From a virus, in IMG/VR virus record IMGVR_UViG_3300027917_000012, positions 1 to 36,604 of that record: a stretch of 36,604 nt of DNA. The stretch is one strand, 5' to 3'. Positions 1 to 10,347 of the stretch are shown in pieces. How positions within the stretch are numbered: the stretch's first letter is position 1; each line of letters starts with the position of its first letter. The notes below the pieces were generated by a model, which had not been told where the DNA came from, made no database searches, and worked only from the letters and a program-made list of their open reading frames with translations. Made by a program: the position numbers and the translations under genes.

Positions 1-99
1 CCCCGTCATCGTGGAACTGGAGCGTGTCCCGAACCTGATCGGACGCTGCCCCGTTGTCGTCTCCAACCGGATCTCGCTGGACGAGTCCCGAGGCCAGTT
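1..99. repeat. Terminal overlap, copy 1 (identical to 36506-36604). Indicates circular closure or terminal redundancy of a 36,505-bp unit genome
   Basis: The first 99 nt (ccccgtcatcgtggaactgg...gaggccagtt) recur exactly as the last 99 nt of the window. Confidence 0.95.
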
Positions 100-1069
100 T
101 GACGGCATTCTCGGCATGTACCAGCAGCAGGCCAAGCTCATGGCGCTTGAGGTGCTGGCTGTGCAGAAGGGCGTGTTCCCTGACACTTGGCTTGTCGGCA
201 ACGCAGGCGAACAACCCAAGATCGTCAACACGGCGAACGGTTTGACTGGTGAGGTTGGTGTGGTGCGTGGCGGCACGCTGCGAGACATGCAGATGCAGCC
301 AGGGTTCATGACTAACCCGGCCATTGACCGGCTTGAGCGTGCCCAGCGTTTGACCGCTGGTATCCCTGCCGAGTTCGGCGGCGAATCCACCTCCAACATT
401 CGTACGGGTCGCCGCGGCGACGCTGTCCTGTCTGCCGTGGTGGACTTCACGGTCCAAGAGACGCAGAAGACGTTGGCTCGTGCCCTTGAGGAAGAGAACC
501 GGATCGCGATTGCTCAGTGCAAGGCGTACGCCGGGAACAAGCCTCGGTCGTTCTACGTCAGCATGGGCAAGGTCAAGGGCAAGGTTGACTACACCCCGAA
601 CAAGCACTTCACGACCGACGACAACGTCGTGTCCTATTCGCAGGCCGGTGCCGACATCAACAACCTTGTGATCGCTGGCGGTCAGCGTCTCGCGATGGGC
701 ACCATGTCCAAGGAAGCGTTCATGCGGATCGACCCTCTGGTTGAGGATGTCGAGAAGGAACGTGACGCTGTCGTGGCTGAGCAGCTTGAGCAGTCGCTGC
801 TGGCCGGGTTGCAGCAGCAAGCCGCTCAGGGCGCTCTGCCGCCGTCCGACCTGGCTCGCATCATGGAGTTGGTGAAGAACGATCAGGCTGACCTTGCCGA
901 AGCGGTTAGTCGTGTGCAGCGTGAGGCGCAGGAACGTCAGGCTGAGCAGGTTGAACCGGGGGCGCCTGAAGCGCAGCCGGGGATCGCTCAGCCGGGTGCC
1001 GGTGCTGAAGCTGGCGGCGGTGCCCCAGCAGGACCGCCTGATCTTCGTGCGCTACTAGGAGCGATGTAA
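2..1069 (+). CDS. Portal protein, C-terminal part (continues in-frame from 35823-36604 through the overlap)
   Basis: The frame of track ORF 11..1069 is open back to base 2 and matches the phase of the ORF that runs off the window end. The joined gene is 1752 nt = 583 aa. It lies directly after TerL. Ala/Gly/Pro/Gln-rich C-terminal tail. Confidence 0.75.
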   Translation, partial: PVIVELERVPNLIGRCPVVVSNRISLDESRGQFDGILGMYQQQAKLMALEVLAVQKGVFPDTWLVGNAGEQPKIVNTANGLTGEVGVVRGGTLRDMQMQPGFMTNPAIDRLERAQRLTAGIPAEFGGESTSNIRTGRRGDAVLSAVVDFTVQETQKTLARALEEENRIAIAQCKAYAGNKPRSFYVSMGKVKGKVDYTPNKHFTTDDNVVSYSQAGADINNLVIAGGQRLAMGTMSKEAFMRIDPLVEDVEKERDAVVAEQLEQSLLAGLQQQAAQGALPPSDLARIMELVKNDQADLAEAVSRVQREAQERQAEQVEPGAPEAQPGIAQPGAGAEAGGGAPAGPPDLRALLGAM

Positions 1070-1470
1070 TGCCACGTCGAGGTAGAGGACAGCAGGCTAC
1101 TCGGGTTGCTACCGGGCAGCAGTACGGGCAGGCGCAGGCGCAGGAGCAGGCGCAGGACATGATTCCGTTGCCGGAGATGGAGCAGCCGTCGCCTGCGACG
1201 ATGGCTCCTGGCTCTATGGCGTTCGCTGGCCGTTCGCAAATGCCGAACGAGCCGGTAACTGCGACGGGCGCTATGCCTGCTGCTACGCCTCGTACAGACT
1301 CGACGCAAGAATTCAAAGTACGACAGTTTCTTGCGGTCACGTCAGAACTTGTTAGTCAAGAAACAGCGTCGCCTTGGCTGCGGAACGCTTACCGGGTCGC
1401 TAAGTCGCAGGTGCGTGACACCGCACAGTTTGCCGACAAGGGGCTGATGCCAGGCGTCGAGGATCAGTAA
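1069..1470 (+). CDS. Hypothetical virion-module protein (133 aa, Gln/Ala/Pro-rich N-terminus)
   Basis: Track ORF. Its ATG overlaps the portal stop (TAATG) and its stop overlaps the next ATG (TAATG), so it is translationally coupled. Confidence 0.6.
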   Translation: MPRRGRGQQATRVATGQQYGQAQAQEQAQDMIPLPEMEQPSPATMAPGSMAFAGRSQMPNEPVTATGAMPAATPRTDSTQEFKVRQFLAVTSELVSQETASPWLRNAYRVAKSQVRDTAQFADKGLMPGVEDQ

Positions 1471-4400
1471 TGGGCTTCTTTGACAGGTTGTGGAACGGTG
1501 CGGTTGACACCGTTACTGGCCCTGCCGAGTTTGTTGTTGACGTAGTGTCGGCTGGCCGGTCTGCGGTTAGCGGCGATTTTGGCGGTGCAGCCGAAACGGT
1601 GTTCAACTCGGTGCAGGAAGACCTGCTCGGCCAGACGATCCAAGGTTTGTTTGGTGCCGAGGGTATCGGTGGCACGCTGATCGGTGCGTTGCCGGAAGAG
1701 ATCCGTGACCCGGCCCGCACGATCATTGATCCTGTGTTTGGGGCGTGGGATTGGACGGTGCAGGAGATTGTTGACCGCCCGTTGGGCACGTTGTTCACGG
1801 TCGTCAACGCTACGCATCAAAACGGCGTTAGCTCGCTGTTTGATCTTGAGACGTATGCGAAGGCGTGGGAAATCAACGACGCCCGCACGTTCGGTCAGGC
1901 GTTCGCAGCGAACCTGTACCGGATCGACCCGTTTGATGAGGACGAGTACAACGCAATCCAAGACGACCCGCTGTTCAACCTGATCTCGGGCACTGCTGAC
2001 TTTGTGCAGGAGTTCATTGATCCGGTCACGATTGTTGGCGGCACGGCGATCAAGGGTGCCCGTGGCGGTGCCGTGTTGGGGTCGTCGTCTCGATCAAAAG
2101 GTGCTGGCAAGCTGCTCAAGACCGATGAGTTGCTGGAGGGTGCTCAAGTTGGTAGGCGTGGCGCTATTGGCGCGCCTCGTGAGATCACGCGTGTGTACGG
2201 CGGCAGAACCGGTCTGCGTCCCGAGGAGATCCTTGGGCGTCGTGACGGCATCTTCAAGTACCTGACCAAGACCCAGGATCAGATTGACAAGCGGCAGGCT
2301 GTTCTTCGTAACCACACGCAGCAGCGTGCTATTGCGTTCGTGTCTAGCGACGAGTACCTGAACATCGAGAACACGATGGCGAAGCTGGAAAGCCCTGGCG
2401 AGCGTGCTGAGGCGTTCCGGCAGTTGGTTGGTCCGGCTGGCGCCAAAATGTCTCGTGAAGCGGTCGAGTTGTATGCGAACGGTGCGACGCCGTTGGCTCG
2501 TGCTCGGACGATGCGTGCGTTGTCTGGCGACATGTCGGTGTTGGAAGAGATCGCTTCTGATGCCAGCAGGTTGATGGAAATCATGCAGGGCGACAACTGG
2601 GCTGACATTGACTTGGCGTTGCGTCTTCCTCACATTGGCGGCGACGTTGCAGGTGCAGCAGAGTTCCGCAAGCTTGCTGAGCAGACCGACTGGTCTGTGA
2701 TGTCGCAGTTCCAAGACGCGTTGTTTGATTCGCAGCAAAGGCGTCTGACGTGGCATAACGGACGATATTTGGGTGATTACGACTCGTCTTTTGACCAGTT
2801 AGTTGACTTGGCGCTTGAGAACGACGACTTGGTGCGTGCCGGGTTGGAGTCGATCTTGGCTGTTAGCGACGACATGTACTTGAACAAGATGTCGTTGGCG
2901 AGTTTGCCGCAGATCAAGCAGTTGCCGTGGGGCACCCGTTTGAACGCTTTGCTGAAGAACCATCGTGAAGTGTTGGAGCAGGCTGGCCCGAACCGGTGGG
3001 TGATTAGCGAGTTCCATAACCCGCACACTGTTGGCAGCAGGCTTGGCGGCGTGTTTGGCAAGGGCATTCGTGTCGTTACTGAACGCACTCCGCAGACGCA
3101 CATCTTCTTTGATGACCCTGATTCGGTGACGCAGTTTGAGCGTGTGTTGACGCAGGCAAACCGGTTGAACGTAAACGGCACAGAGATTCTGAGCGCTCAA
3201 GAAGCAGCAAACCTTGTGTCGAACTTCTCTCGGTTGAAGCGTGCTGGCCGCATGGAAGATGTTAAGACGCTGTACAACGACACGGTTGAGCGGATCAACA
3301 ACCGGCTTGATAAAGCGTTGGCTGACAACGGCATGGGCGAACGGCTCGGTAAAGGCGAGGGACAGATTGACCCGCAGGGCCGGACGCTGACGGGTCAGTA
3401 CCGTAAGCAGAACGGGCAGTGGGGCCGGGAGGCTGAGAAGGCTGTTGGTGTTAGCGATGATGCTGGTGTGGTGACGACGCAACGTCTGATGGAAGACGGA
3501 ACGTACATGGTGATCCAGCATCGCATGTCGAAGTCGCAGGTAAAGAATTCTGCGGTGCAGCCTCGTTATGACGTGGTGCAGCGCAAGATTGAGTTGGCGC
3601 AGAAGCGGCAGGGGTCGCTGGTTGAGCAGGTGCCGGTTCGTATTGGTGACGTTGCTCGTGGCGTGGTCGGCAAGAGCAGTCAGTTGTTGGACACTCCGCA
3701 GCAGGCGTGGCGGTCCTCGATGTTGTTGACGCCGAAGTGGCCGATGCGTGTCGGGTTGGATGAGCAGTTGCGTGCGGCTGCTGTGCTTGGTGGCATCACG
3801 CAGCTAGGCAACCTTATTGGTGCGTTCCCTGAGTTGCGGCGTGCGTTTGCGTTGCACAACTTGGACAACATTGATGCTGCTACTGACGCGCAAGCGATCA
3901 CTGAGTTGTTGGCTGCACGGGTCGGCATGGAAGCCGGTGTTGATGACGCCTACGACATCTTCAAGGCGGCGACTGAGGCGAACCCTGACGCGATCAAGGA
4001 TGCGGTGTCGGAGTTGCGGCGACAGAAAGTGTTGTCTGCTCGTGACTTGAAGAACCGTAAGAGCAACATTCTGCGTCTCAGCAAGAACGCTGCGATCAAA
4101 GGCATCGGCGTTGGTGCGTTGATGGGCAATCCGCTTGTTGGCGCAGGGTACGGGTTTGTTGCGTTCATGGGTAAGCGTCGCCGGGTCAACGATGCGTTGC
4201 AGCGCAAAGCCGCACTCAACTACGCAGAGACGTTGCGGTTCGAGGGCGAGCGCATGTTGCGTGAAGCTGTCGGGCCGGAAGAATTGGCTGAGGCTCGCCG
4301 GATGATGGACGACGCTACGCACATCAAGAAATTGATTGATTCTGATGATGCGGCGGTTGGTGCGGCTGCTCTTGAGGCAAAGAACGCGTTTGATTCTGCT

Positions 4401-7010
4401 GAGAAGTTGATGGCTGATGCTGGGGTTCACGGGTTGAACATTGGCGGCGTGTCGTTCCGTAATGCGTTTGGTGATGACACCCGGTATCAGGAACAGATTC
4501 GGGCTGAGGTGTCGTCTAGCCGTTCGCAGTCTGCGTTGTTCTCGGGTGCTATTCGTGACGCTGAGCGGCAGCTTCGCCGGTTTGAAGATGTCAGCTACAC
4601 GGTGTTTGACGCTGTAAAGCGCGACGCTGACGGTGTTGCGATCAACGCTGTTGACATCAGTCGCGAGTGGGCGAACATGATGAACCGTTACACCAGCGGT
4701 GATCCTCGGTTCCTTGAGATCGTGTGGTCGAACGAGTCGTTGGCGGAGCGTGCTGCGGCGCTTGAAGAACTGTTGCGGCGAGACTCTGGTTTGTTGTCGG
4801 ACCTTACGTCTCGGCGTGTTGATGACTTTGCCGACGACGAGTTGATGTGGACGGCAGAGAACATTATTGCCGAGTACGACGACGTGCTGCCTGCTAACTA
4901 CTTCCCTGAACTGCGCGACAAGGCACGCATGGGTCAGAAGCCGTCGTGGAAAGAAGTCACTCGCAAACTCAACAGCGACGTGTCGCTAGGCGACGGCCAA
5001 ACCCTGCATAGCAAGATCGAAGCGATGCGCGAGTCCAGCCCTGGATTTGCTAAAGCGGTCGCTCCTGAACCTGTCTCGCACCAAGGCGCTGCCCGTCGAG
5101 GCATCGGCGAAAGCCTGTTCGGGTACACCGAGAACCTGTTCAAGATGTTCGGCACGTTGCCGACTGACGAACTGGCCCGTAACCCGTTCTTCCGTACTCG
5201 ATACGAGCGGGAACTGCGTCGTCGTGTGGCTGTGCTGGCAGACCCTGACGGCAGGGTGCGGATCTCGCAGAAGAACATTGACGACATTGAGCAGCAGGCT
5301 CGGGCGGCGGCGTTGAAGGAAGTGCGTGAGGTCATGTACGACCTTGCGGAGAACACTCGTATCAGCGAGATGGTCGGCAACTCGATGCCGTTCTTCAATG
5401 CTTGGCAAGAGGTGATCGGGCGCTGGGCAGGGTTCGCTGTTGAGAACCCGACGTTCGTTGGTAACGCTTTGCGCCTGTACCGCAAGCCGTGGGACGCTGA
5501 GGCGTTGGGTATCAGCGAGGTCACGGTTGAGAACCCTGACGGGTCCGAGGGTGCGACGTATCTGATGTTCCGACCGTTCGGTCCGGCTTACGATTCGGAC
5601 GGTAACGAGACGACGATCTTTGATGCGATGTCGCCCACGATGCGAAACTTGCTGATTCCTGAGATGTTGCGGGATCAGGACGCAACGGTTCGTTTCTCGA
5701 AGGAGGGGCTGAACACGATTATGCAAAGTCCTGCTCCTGGGTTCGGTCCGTTGATTACGATCCCGGTGCGAGAAGCGATCCTGGCCCGTCCTGGGTTGGA
5801 AGAAAGCTTCGGGTTTATGTTCCCGTTCGGGCACCCGGAAGGCGGGTTCTTCGAGCGTGCGATCAAGGGCAACGCTCCGACGTGGGCAAAGTCCGTGGAC
5901 GACTACTTCCGTGACTCGCAGACCCGTGAGCGTCTCGTGCAGCGCATGTTCCAAGACATCGTGACGCAGCGTGCTGAGGCAGGCGACCCGCTGGACTGGA
6001 GCAACGACATGGAAGTCAACGCTGCGATTGAGTTGGCGAACGACCGGGCACGCGATTTCTCGCTGTTCCGTGTCGCTGCCGGTTTCTTCTCTCCGACTTC
6101 TACGACGTTGTTGTCGCCGTACGAGCCGTTGGTGCAGGAAGCCCGCAGGCTTCAACGGGAGCACGGGACGCTTGAGGGCAACTCGATGTTCCTTGACCGG
6201 TACGGCGAAGACTTCTTTGCGTTGACGGCCCGCATGACAAGGCTGAACGATGGTGTGGCTGCGTCGATTGAGTCTGAAGAGTTGTACATGAAGCATCAGG
6301 ATCTGGTGCAGGCGCATCCTGAGATCGGTGCGTGGGTGACTGCCAGTTTGGGTGGCGCTGATGAGGAGTTTGCGTTCTCGCAGGCTGTGTATCGGCGTCA
6401 GATGAACATGGAGTTGGCTCCTGGCAGCGAGCAGACTCGTCGTGAACGTAAGACGCCGCTTGAGGCGATTGGTGATACGCAGGCCGAGTTGGGTTGGAAG
6501 AAGTACACGGAGCTTCAGGATTACAAGCGCAGCAAGCAGGAAGAGTCGATTGCTTTGGGCATGTCGGGGTCGATGAACGCATCGCATATGCGTCCGTTGG
6601 CGACGTACTTGCAGCAGGAGATCGATGCGTTGCGTGAGGAGCATCCTGCGTGGGCTGCACAGTACGACGATTACGGGAGGTCTACTCGTCGGATGGCTGC
6701 GATCGTTGACGGGTTCGTGGCCGGGTTGCAGGACGAGCAGTTGTTGTTGCGTCCGTCTACGCAGCATGTAATTGACTATTTCGAGTTGCGTATGTATGTG
6801 CAGCGTCGTTTGCAAGAACGTGAACAGCAGGGCGGTTCGGACAATCTGGACGCTGGTTCTAACGAGGACTTGTTGCTGTATTGGGAACAGTCAAAGGAAC
6901 AGATGAGCTATTTGCCTGAGTTCTCTGCGATCTACGACCGTTACTTTGAGCGCGATAGTCTTGATCGTGCGACGTTCGTTCCTGACGATGCTTTTGAAGG
7001 GTTGTTCTGA
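1470..7010 (+). CDS. Giant 1846-aa protein, predicted virion-internal or ejection protein (function unknown)
   Basis: Single uninterrupted 5.5-kb ORF between portal and capsid, coupled TAATG/TGATG at both ends. Looks largely helical. I saw no Walker, polymerase or nuclease motifs by eye. Confidence 0.85.
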   Translation: MGFFDRLWNGAVDTVTGPAEFVVDVVSAGRSAVSGDFGGAAETVFNSVQEDLLGQTIQGLFGAEGIGGTLIGALPEEIRDPARTIIDPVFGAWDWTVQEIVDRPLGTLFTVVNATHQNGVSSLFDLETYAKAWEINDARTFGQAFAANLYRIDPFDEDEYNAIQDDPLFNLISGTADFVQEFIDPVTIVGGTAIKGARGGAVLGSSSRSKGAGKLLKTDELLEGAQVGRRGAIGAPREITRVYGGRTGLRPEEILGRRDGIFKYLTKTQDQIDKRQAVLRNHTQQRAIAFVSSDEYLNIENTMAKLESPGERAEAFRQLVGPAGAKMSREAVELYANGATPLARARTMRALSGDMSVLEEIASDASRLMEIMQGDNWADIDLALRLPHIGGDVAGAAEFRKLAEQTDWSVMSQFQDALFDSQQRRLTWHNGRYLGDYDSSFDQLVDLALENDDLVRAGLESILAVSDDMYLNKMSLASLPQIKQLPWGTRLNALLKNHREVLEQAGPNRWVISEFHNPHTVGSRLGGVFGKGIRVVTERTPQTHIFFDDPDSVTQFERVLTQANRLNVNGTEILSAQEAANLVSNFSRLKRAGRMEDVKTLYNDTVERINNRLDKALADNGMGERLGKGEGQIDPQGRTLTGQYRKQNGQWGREAEKAVGVSDDAGVVTTQRLMEDGTYMVIQHRMSKSQVKNSAVQPRYDVVQRKIELAQKRQGSLVEQVPVRIGDVARGVVGKSSQLLDTPQQAWRSSMLLTPKWPMRVGLDEQLRAAAVLGGITQLGNLIGAFPELRRAFALHNLDNIDAATDAQAITELLAARVGMEAGVDDAYDIFKAATEANPDAIKDAVSELRRQKVLSARDLKNRKSNILRLSKNAAIKGIGVGALMGNPLVGAGYGFVAFMGKRRRVNDALQRKAALNYAETLRFEGERMLREAVGPEELAEARRMMDDATHIKKLIDSDDAAVGAAALEAKNAFDSAEKLMADAGVHGLNIGGVSFRNAFGDDTRYQEQIRAEVSSSRSQSALFSGAIRDAERQLRRFEDVSYTVFDAVKRDADGVAINAVDISREWANMMNRYTSGDPRFLEIVWSNESLAERAAALEELLRRDSGLLSDLTSRRVDDFADDELMWTAENIIAEYDDVLPANYFPELRDKARMGQKPSWKEVTRKLNSDVSLGDGQTLHSKIEAMRESSPGFAKAVAPEPVSHQGAARRGIGESLFGYTENLFKMFGTLPTDELARNPFFRTRYERELRRRVAVLADPDGRVRISQKNIDDIEQQARAAALKEVREVMYDLAENTRISEMVGNSMPFFNAWQEVIGRWAGFAVENPTFVGNALRLYRKPWDAEALGISEVTVENPDGSEGATYLMFRPFGPAYDSDGNETTIFDAMSPTMRNLLIPEMLRDQDATVRFSKEGLNTIMQSPAPGFGPLITIPVREAILARPGLEESFGFMFPFGHPEGGFFERAIKGNAPTWAKSVDDYFRDSQTRERLVQRMFQDIVTQRAEAGDPLDWSNDMEVNAAIELANDRARDFSLFRVAAGFFSPTSTTLLSPYEPLVQEARRLQREHGTLEGNSMFLDRYGEDFFALTARMTRLNDGVAASIESEELYMKHQDLVQAHPEIGAWVTASLGGADEEFAFSQAVYRRQMNMELAPGSEQTRRERKTPLEAIGDTQAELGWKKYTELQDYKRSKQEESIALGMSGSMNASHMRPLATYLQQEIDALREEHPAWAAQYDDYGRSTRRMAAIVDGFVAGLQDEQLLLRPSTQHVIDYFELRMYVQRRLQEREQQGGSDNLDAGSNEDLLLYWEQSKEQMSYLPEFSAIYDRYFERDSLDRATFVPDDAFEGLF

Positions 7011-7768
7011 TGTCTAATGGCACTTCTTACGCTCAGCGTGATGCGGCAGTAAGCCAGATTGCTGCGGGCATGGCTGGCGGCGTTACGGCAACCGTGCTGG
7101 GCTACGGCGACCCTGTGCGGACGATCACGGCTACTGGCATGGAAGGCCGTGGCGGTTTCCAGTTGCAGTACGGCGAAGAGCCAGAACCGATCACGGTTTC
7201 TGATGTAGCTGACGTGCTGTCTGGGCTGACCCCTCAAGACCAGACGTTGTTGGCTATTGACATGTTGGCGGTCGGTGTCTATGACGACATCAACTACATG
7301 TTTGATGACAACAACCAGATTGACCAGCAGTTCTTCGTGAAAGCGGTCAACAACGCTGTGTCTTTGGCGGCTACGTCTGCGGAGTACGGGCTAGACACGG
7401 ACTTCCTTGATGTGTTGCTGCGTAACTCTGACCGTACGCCGGAGGAGTTGACGGCGTTGTTTGCGGAGAAGAAGGCTGAGGCGCAGTCGGGCGGCGGGCG
7501 TGTCATCAACTACATTGATCCGGTTGCGTTGGTTGACGCTGCGAAGAAGGCTACGTCGTCGGTGACGGGCCGTATGGCGACCCCTGAGGAGTCGCAGGCG
7601 TTTGTGAAGATGATTCATGGGTTGCAGGCGTCGGGTGCGACTGGGATCAATGTGGGTGCTCGTGCTGAGGCGTTTGCTCGTGAGCAGGCTCCTGAGGAGG
7701 CTAAGGCAATGGATTACGCTGGTGCTGCTGGTGTGTTGATGCAGGCGTTGGGGATGCGAGGGCGATAA
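7010..7768 (+). CDS. Hypothetical virion-module protein (252 aa)
   Basis: Track ORF, with TGATG coupling upstream and TAATG coupling downstream. Confidence 0.7.
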   Translation: MSNGTSYAQRDAAVSQIAAGMAGGVTATVLGYGDPVRTITATGMEGRGGFQLQYGEEPEPITVSDVADVLSGLTPQDQTLLAIDMLAVGVYDDINYMFDDNNQIDQQFFVKAVNNAVSLAATSAEYGLDTDFLDVLLRNSDRTPEELTALFAEKKAEAQSGGGRVINYIDPVALVDAAKKATSSVTGRMATPEESQAFVKMIHGLQASGATGINVGARAEAFAREQAPEEAKAMDYAGAAGVLMQALGMRGR

Positions 7769-10347
7769 TGAGCGATGTAAGCGCGAATCAAGACACTTCG
7801 ACTTGGCAGAGATATGAAAACTATTTGGCTTTTGCGCTAGGCCTTGTTAATCGTCAAATTGACTCAATCAATCGCATTGTTGGGCGTCGACAATCAGACA
7901 TCGACTTTGTCAATCAGTACAAGGACCATCTAGCGGGCAAGTACGGCGACACTGAAGATCCTAGAGCGCTAAATGCGACAACTCTTGTTCAAGATATTCA
8001 GGAAATTGTTGCGGCTAATAACAACGTAACAGGGCAAAGACTGGTTGTTGCGGATTTCCTTGCAGGGCCGCAGGAAGTCAACCTTTTCGTTGATGACAAT
8101 CTTTTCCAAGGCAACCTTGATTTTAGAGGTGTTGCAGAAAAGGCAGCAGAAATAGGTGCACTTCGCACGCCGGGTTCTTTGCGACAGGCTATTGAAACTG
8201 TTGAGGAGTTTTATGAAGTTTCAAACTTAGATACGAGCGATGTGCGTGTGGTGCACTACCAACACAAACCGCGCACAGATGACTTGGATGCTGGCATTGA
8301 AGCAGTGGATCCCGGCCAGGACGTGCTTGAGGCCCACAGCGGCATCTACGCACCAGAAGACTTACTTGCTCAGTTGAGCGAGATAAAAAATCTGCTTAGT
8401 TCTGACGACCCAGAATTGCAGGTTCAAGGCTTTGCCCAATTTGACGACCAGTACAACTACCTGAGCATTGAAGACTTGGTCAAGGGCCAGCCGCCCGTTA
8501 CGGCAGATGAGCGCAATCGTGCTGCTATTGAGTCTGGTGTAGGGTCTGAATCAACTGCCAAGGTATTCAGCCAGTGGGATGCTGTACTCAGCAAGTGGGA
8601 TGCTATTTCGGCTCTTGAGCGTTCCCCTGAAGATGAAATTGCTGATGACCGGGTTCGTAGTTTTGAAACTGAAACAGGAACTCGGTTTCGTGAAAGAGGA
8701 GTTGCTGCTGCGCTTGAGCCGGAAACTGCAAGGCGTCCGGTGTTCCAGTTGCAGCCGTCAGACCGTCTCGACACGATGGGGCCACGCCCCGAGCTAACTC
8801 CAGACATCAAATCCGCTAACGCGCGAAATCGGATTCTTCGTGAGCAGCGTGAGTATGACGCAGAAGTAGAGCGACGGACACGTCTAGAAGAAGACCTTGC
8901 TGCTCGGCAGATGCGTTCGGACGCGATCTTTAGGACACGCTCTGTGCTTGATGAAAGGCTGGAAGAAGCGCGTCGGGCTGAGGAACTTGAAGATCGGCGA
9001 CGAGAGTTCATTTACAACTGGTCTGGGCAAGCGGCAGCGGCTGAGGCCCGTGCAGATGCGATTGATCGCGTTAGCGGGCCTGATGCTTTAGAACAAGCGC
9101 GTTCGATTGCTCGTAACCTTGGGGCTACTCCGTCTGCGGGACCGGCTGCGGCTCCTGCTGCGGCGGCTCCTACTGTTGACGAGCCTCCTCGGCGGATGAC
9201 CTATGAAGAGGAGTTAGCGTACATTAATTCGCTGCCTGCTGCCGGTGTGTCTGGTGCAGCGGTAGCTGCGGAGACTGTTTCGCCTGAGGTGGAGCAGGCG
9301 CGGCGTCTTGGGCCTACGCCTAGTGGCGTTACAACCGGCTCTGGAGACGACGACGAACCTACGCTAGTACGGACAGGGCCGACAGCAGCACAGATCCGTG
9401 ACGCGAACCAGGCAGAAGTCGAACTACTGCTCGCACAGCAGTTCGGCGGGTTTTCGTTCTTTCTCCAGAAGCATCGCAGCGACCTGCAAGTCGGCCTCAC
9501 CGCAGACGGCCAGGTAGTCGCAGCCGACGACCCCAACGCGGCGTCCGTCAAGAACATCCTTGATGTCATTGTTGACCAGGGGATCACGGCACCGACCCGT
9601 GTGCTCGGGCTGCTGGAGAACACCGAGTGGTGGAAGAAGACCGACGCCCGCATGCGCGAGTACGACGTGCTCACCGCGGACATGTCGGAACCGCAGAAAC
9701 TGGAGTACCTAGAGCCGGTTCTGGACACGTTGCGGGACGAGGCACAGTTCCTTGGATTCCAGTTGGACCCGACCCGTGCCCGTGACCTGGCTGAGCAGAT
9801 CACCCGCATGGGCGAGGAAGGCGACGCCGAGTACATCCGTGGCCTGTTGACCGCCGAGGAATCGTTCAACGCTGCCGAGGTGACTGCGTCAAGCTTTGCT
9901 GCGGCGCGTGATGAGATTGTAACGATGTCGAAGCGGTACTTCACGCCGATCAACGAGGCTGACGCAGCCGAGTTTGCTCAGGACATTTATGTCGGTACAA
10001 AGACGGCTGAGGGTGTGGAGCAGTACTTCCGTGAGATGGCTGCGAACAAGTTCCCGCAGTTGCAGAACTCGTTGAACGCCGGGATCACGCCTGAGCAGTA
10101 TTTCGCTCCGTACAAGTACGAGATCGAACGGATGCTGGACCGTCCCAACGTCGACCTGTACGAAGAGTTCGGTGATGTGATCCAGTTCATTCCTGATACG
10201 GGGACTGGTGAGGCTCGTCCGATGACGTTGGGCGAGGTGCGTAAGTATGTGCGTGGGTTGGATGAGTGGCAGCAGTCGTCGCAGGGTACGGATTCTGCGA
10301 GGGCGTTGGCGTTCTCGATCGGGCGCGTGTTTGGTGAGGTGGCCTGA
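7768..10347 (+). CDS. Large hypothetical virion-module protein (859 aa) with an AT-rich N-terminal module, a charged coiled-coil centre and an Ala/Pro linker
   Basis: Track ORF, coupled at both ends. There is a marked composition shift inside the ORF (see findings). Confidence 0.8.
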   Translation: MSDVSANQDTSTWQRYENYLAFALGLVNRQIDSINRIVGRRQSDIDFVNQYKDHLAGKYGDTEDPRALNATTLVQDIQEIVAANNNVTGQRLVVADFLAGPQEVNLFVDDNLFQGNLDFRGVAEKAAEIGALRTPGSLRQAIETVEEFYEVSNLDTSDVRVVHYQHKPRTDDLDAGIEAVDPGQDVLEAHSGIYAPEDLLAQLSEIKNLLSSDDPELQVQGFAQFDDQYNYLSIEDLVKGQPPVTADERNRAAIESGVGSESTAKVFSQWDAVLSKWDAISALERSPEDEIADDRVRSFETETGTRFRERGVAAALEPETARRPVFQLQPSDRLDTMGPRPELTPDIKSANARNRILREQREYDAEVERRTRLEEDLAARQMRSDAIFRTRSVLDERLEEARRAEELEDRRREFIYNWSGQAAAAEARADAIDRVSGPDALEQARSIARNLGATPSAGPAAAPAAAAPTVDEPPRRMTYEEELAYINSLPAAGVSGAAVAAETVSPEVEQARRLGPTPSGVTTGSGDDDEPTLVRTGPTAAQIRDANQAEVELLLAQQFGGFSFFLQKHRSDLQVGLTADGQVVAADDPNAASVKNILDVIVDQGITAPTRVLGLLENTEWWKKTDARMREYDVLTADMSEPQKLEYLEPVLDTLRDEAQFLGFQLDPTRARDLAEQITRMGEEGDAEYIRGLLTAEESFNAAEVTASSFAAARDEIVTMSKRYFTPINEADAAEFAQDIYVGTKTAEGVEQYFREMAANKFPQLQNSLNAGITPEQYFAPYKYEIERMLDRPNVDLYEEFGDVIQFIPDTGTGEARPMTLGEVRKYVRGLDEWQQSSQGTDSARALAFSIGRVFGEVA

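Noticed and set aside
4986-6815. 609-aa minus-strand ORF (and many other 60-240-aa antisense or off-frame ORFs) inside the giant gene and other large plus-strand genes
   Set aside because: The products are Arg/His/Leu/Pro-rich and low in complexity. They lie fully inside long, well-composed, translationally coupled sense ORFs. Stop-codon-poor alternative frames are expected in GC-rich DNA.
1470-7010. Idea that the giant virion protein is an N4-like virion RNA polymerase
   Set aside because: I could not find T7-like RNAP motifs (motif A D..D, motif B R...K.......YG, motif C HDS) by eye. At 1846 aa it is about half the size of the N4 vRNAP. The idea is left open only for formal profile searches.
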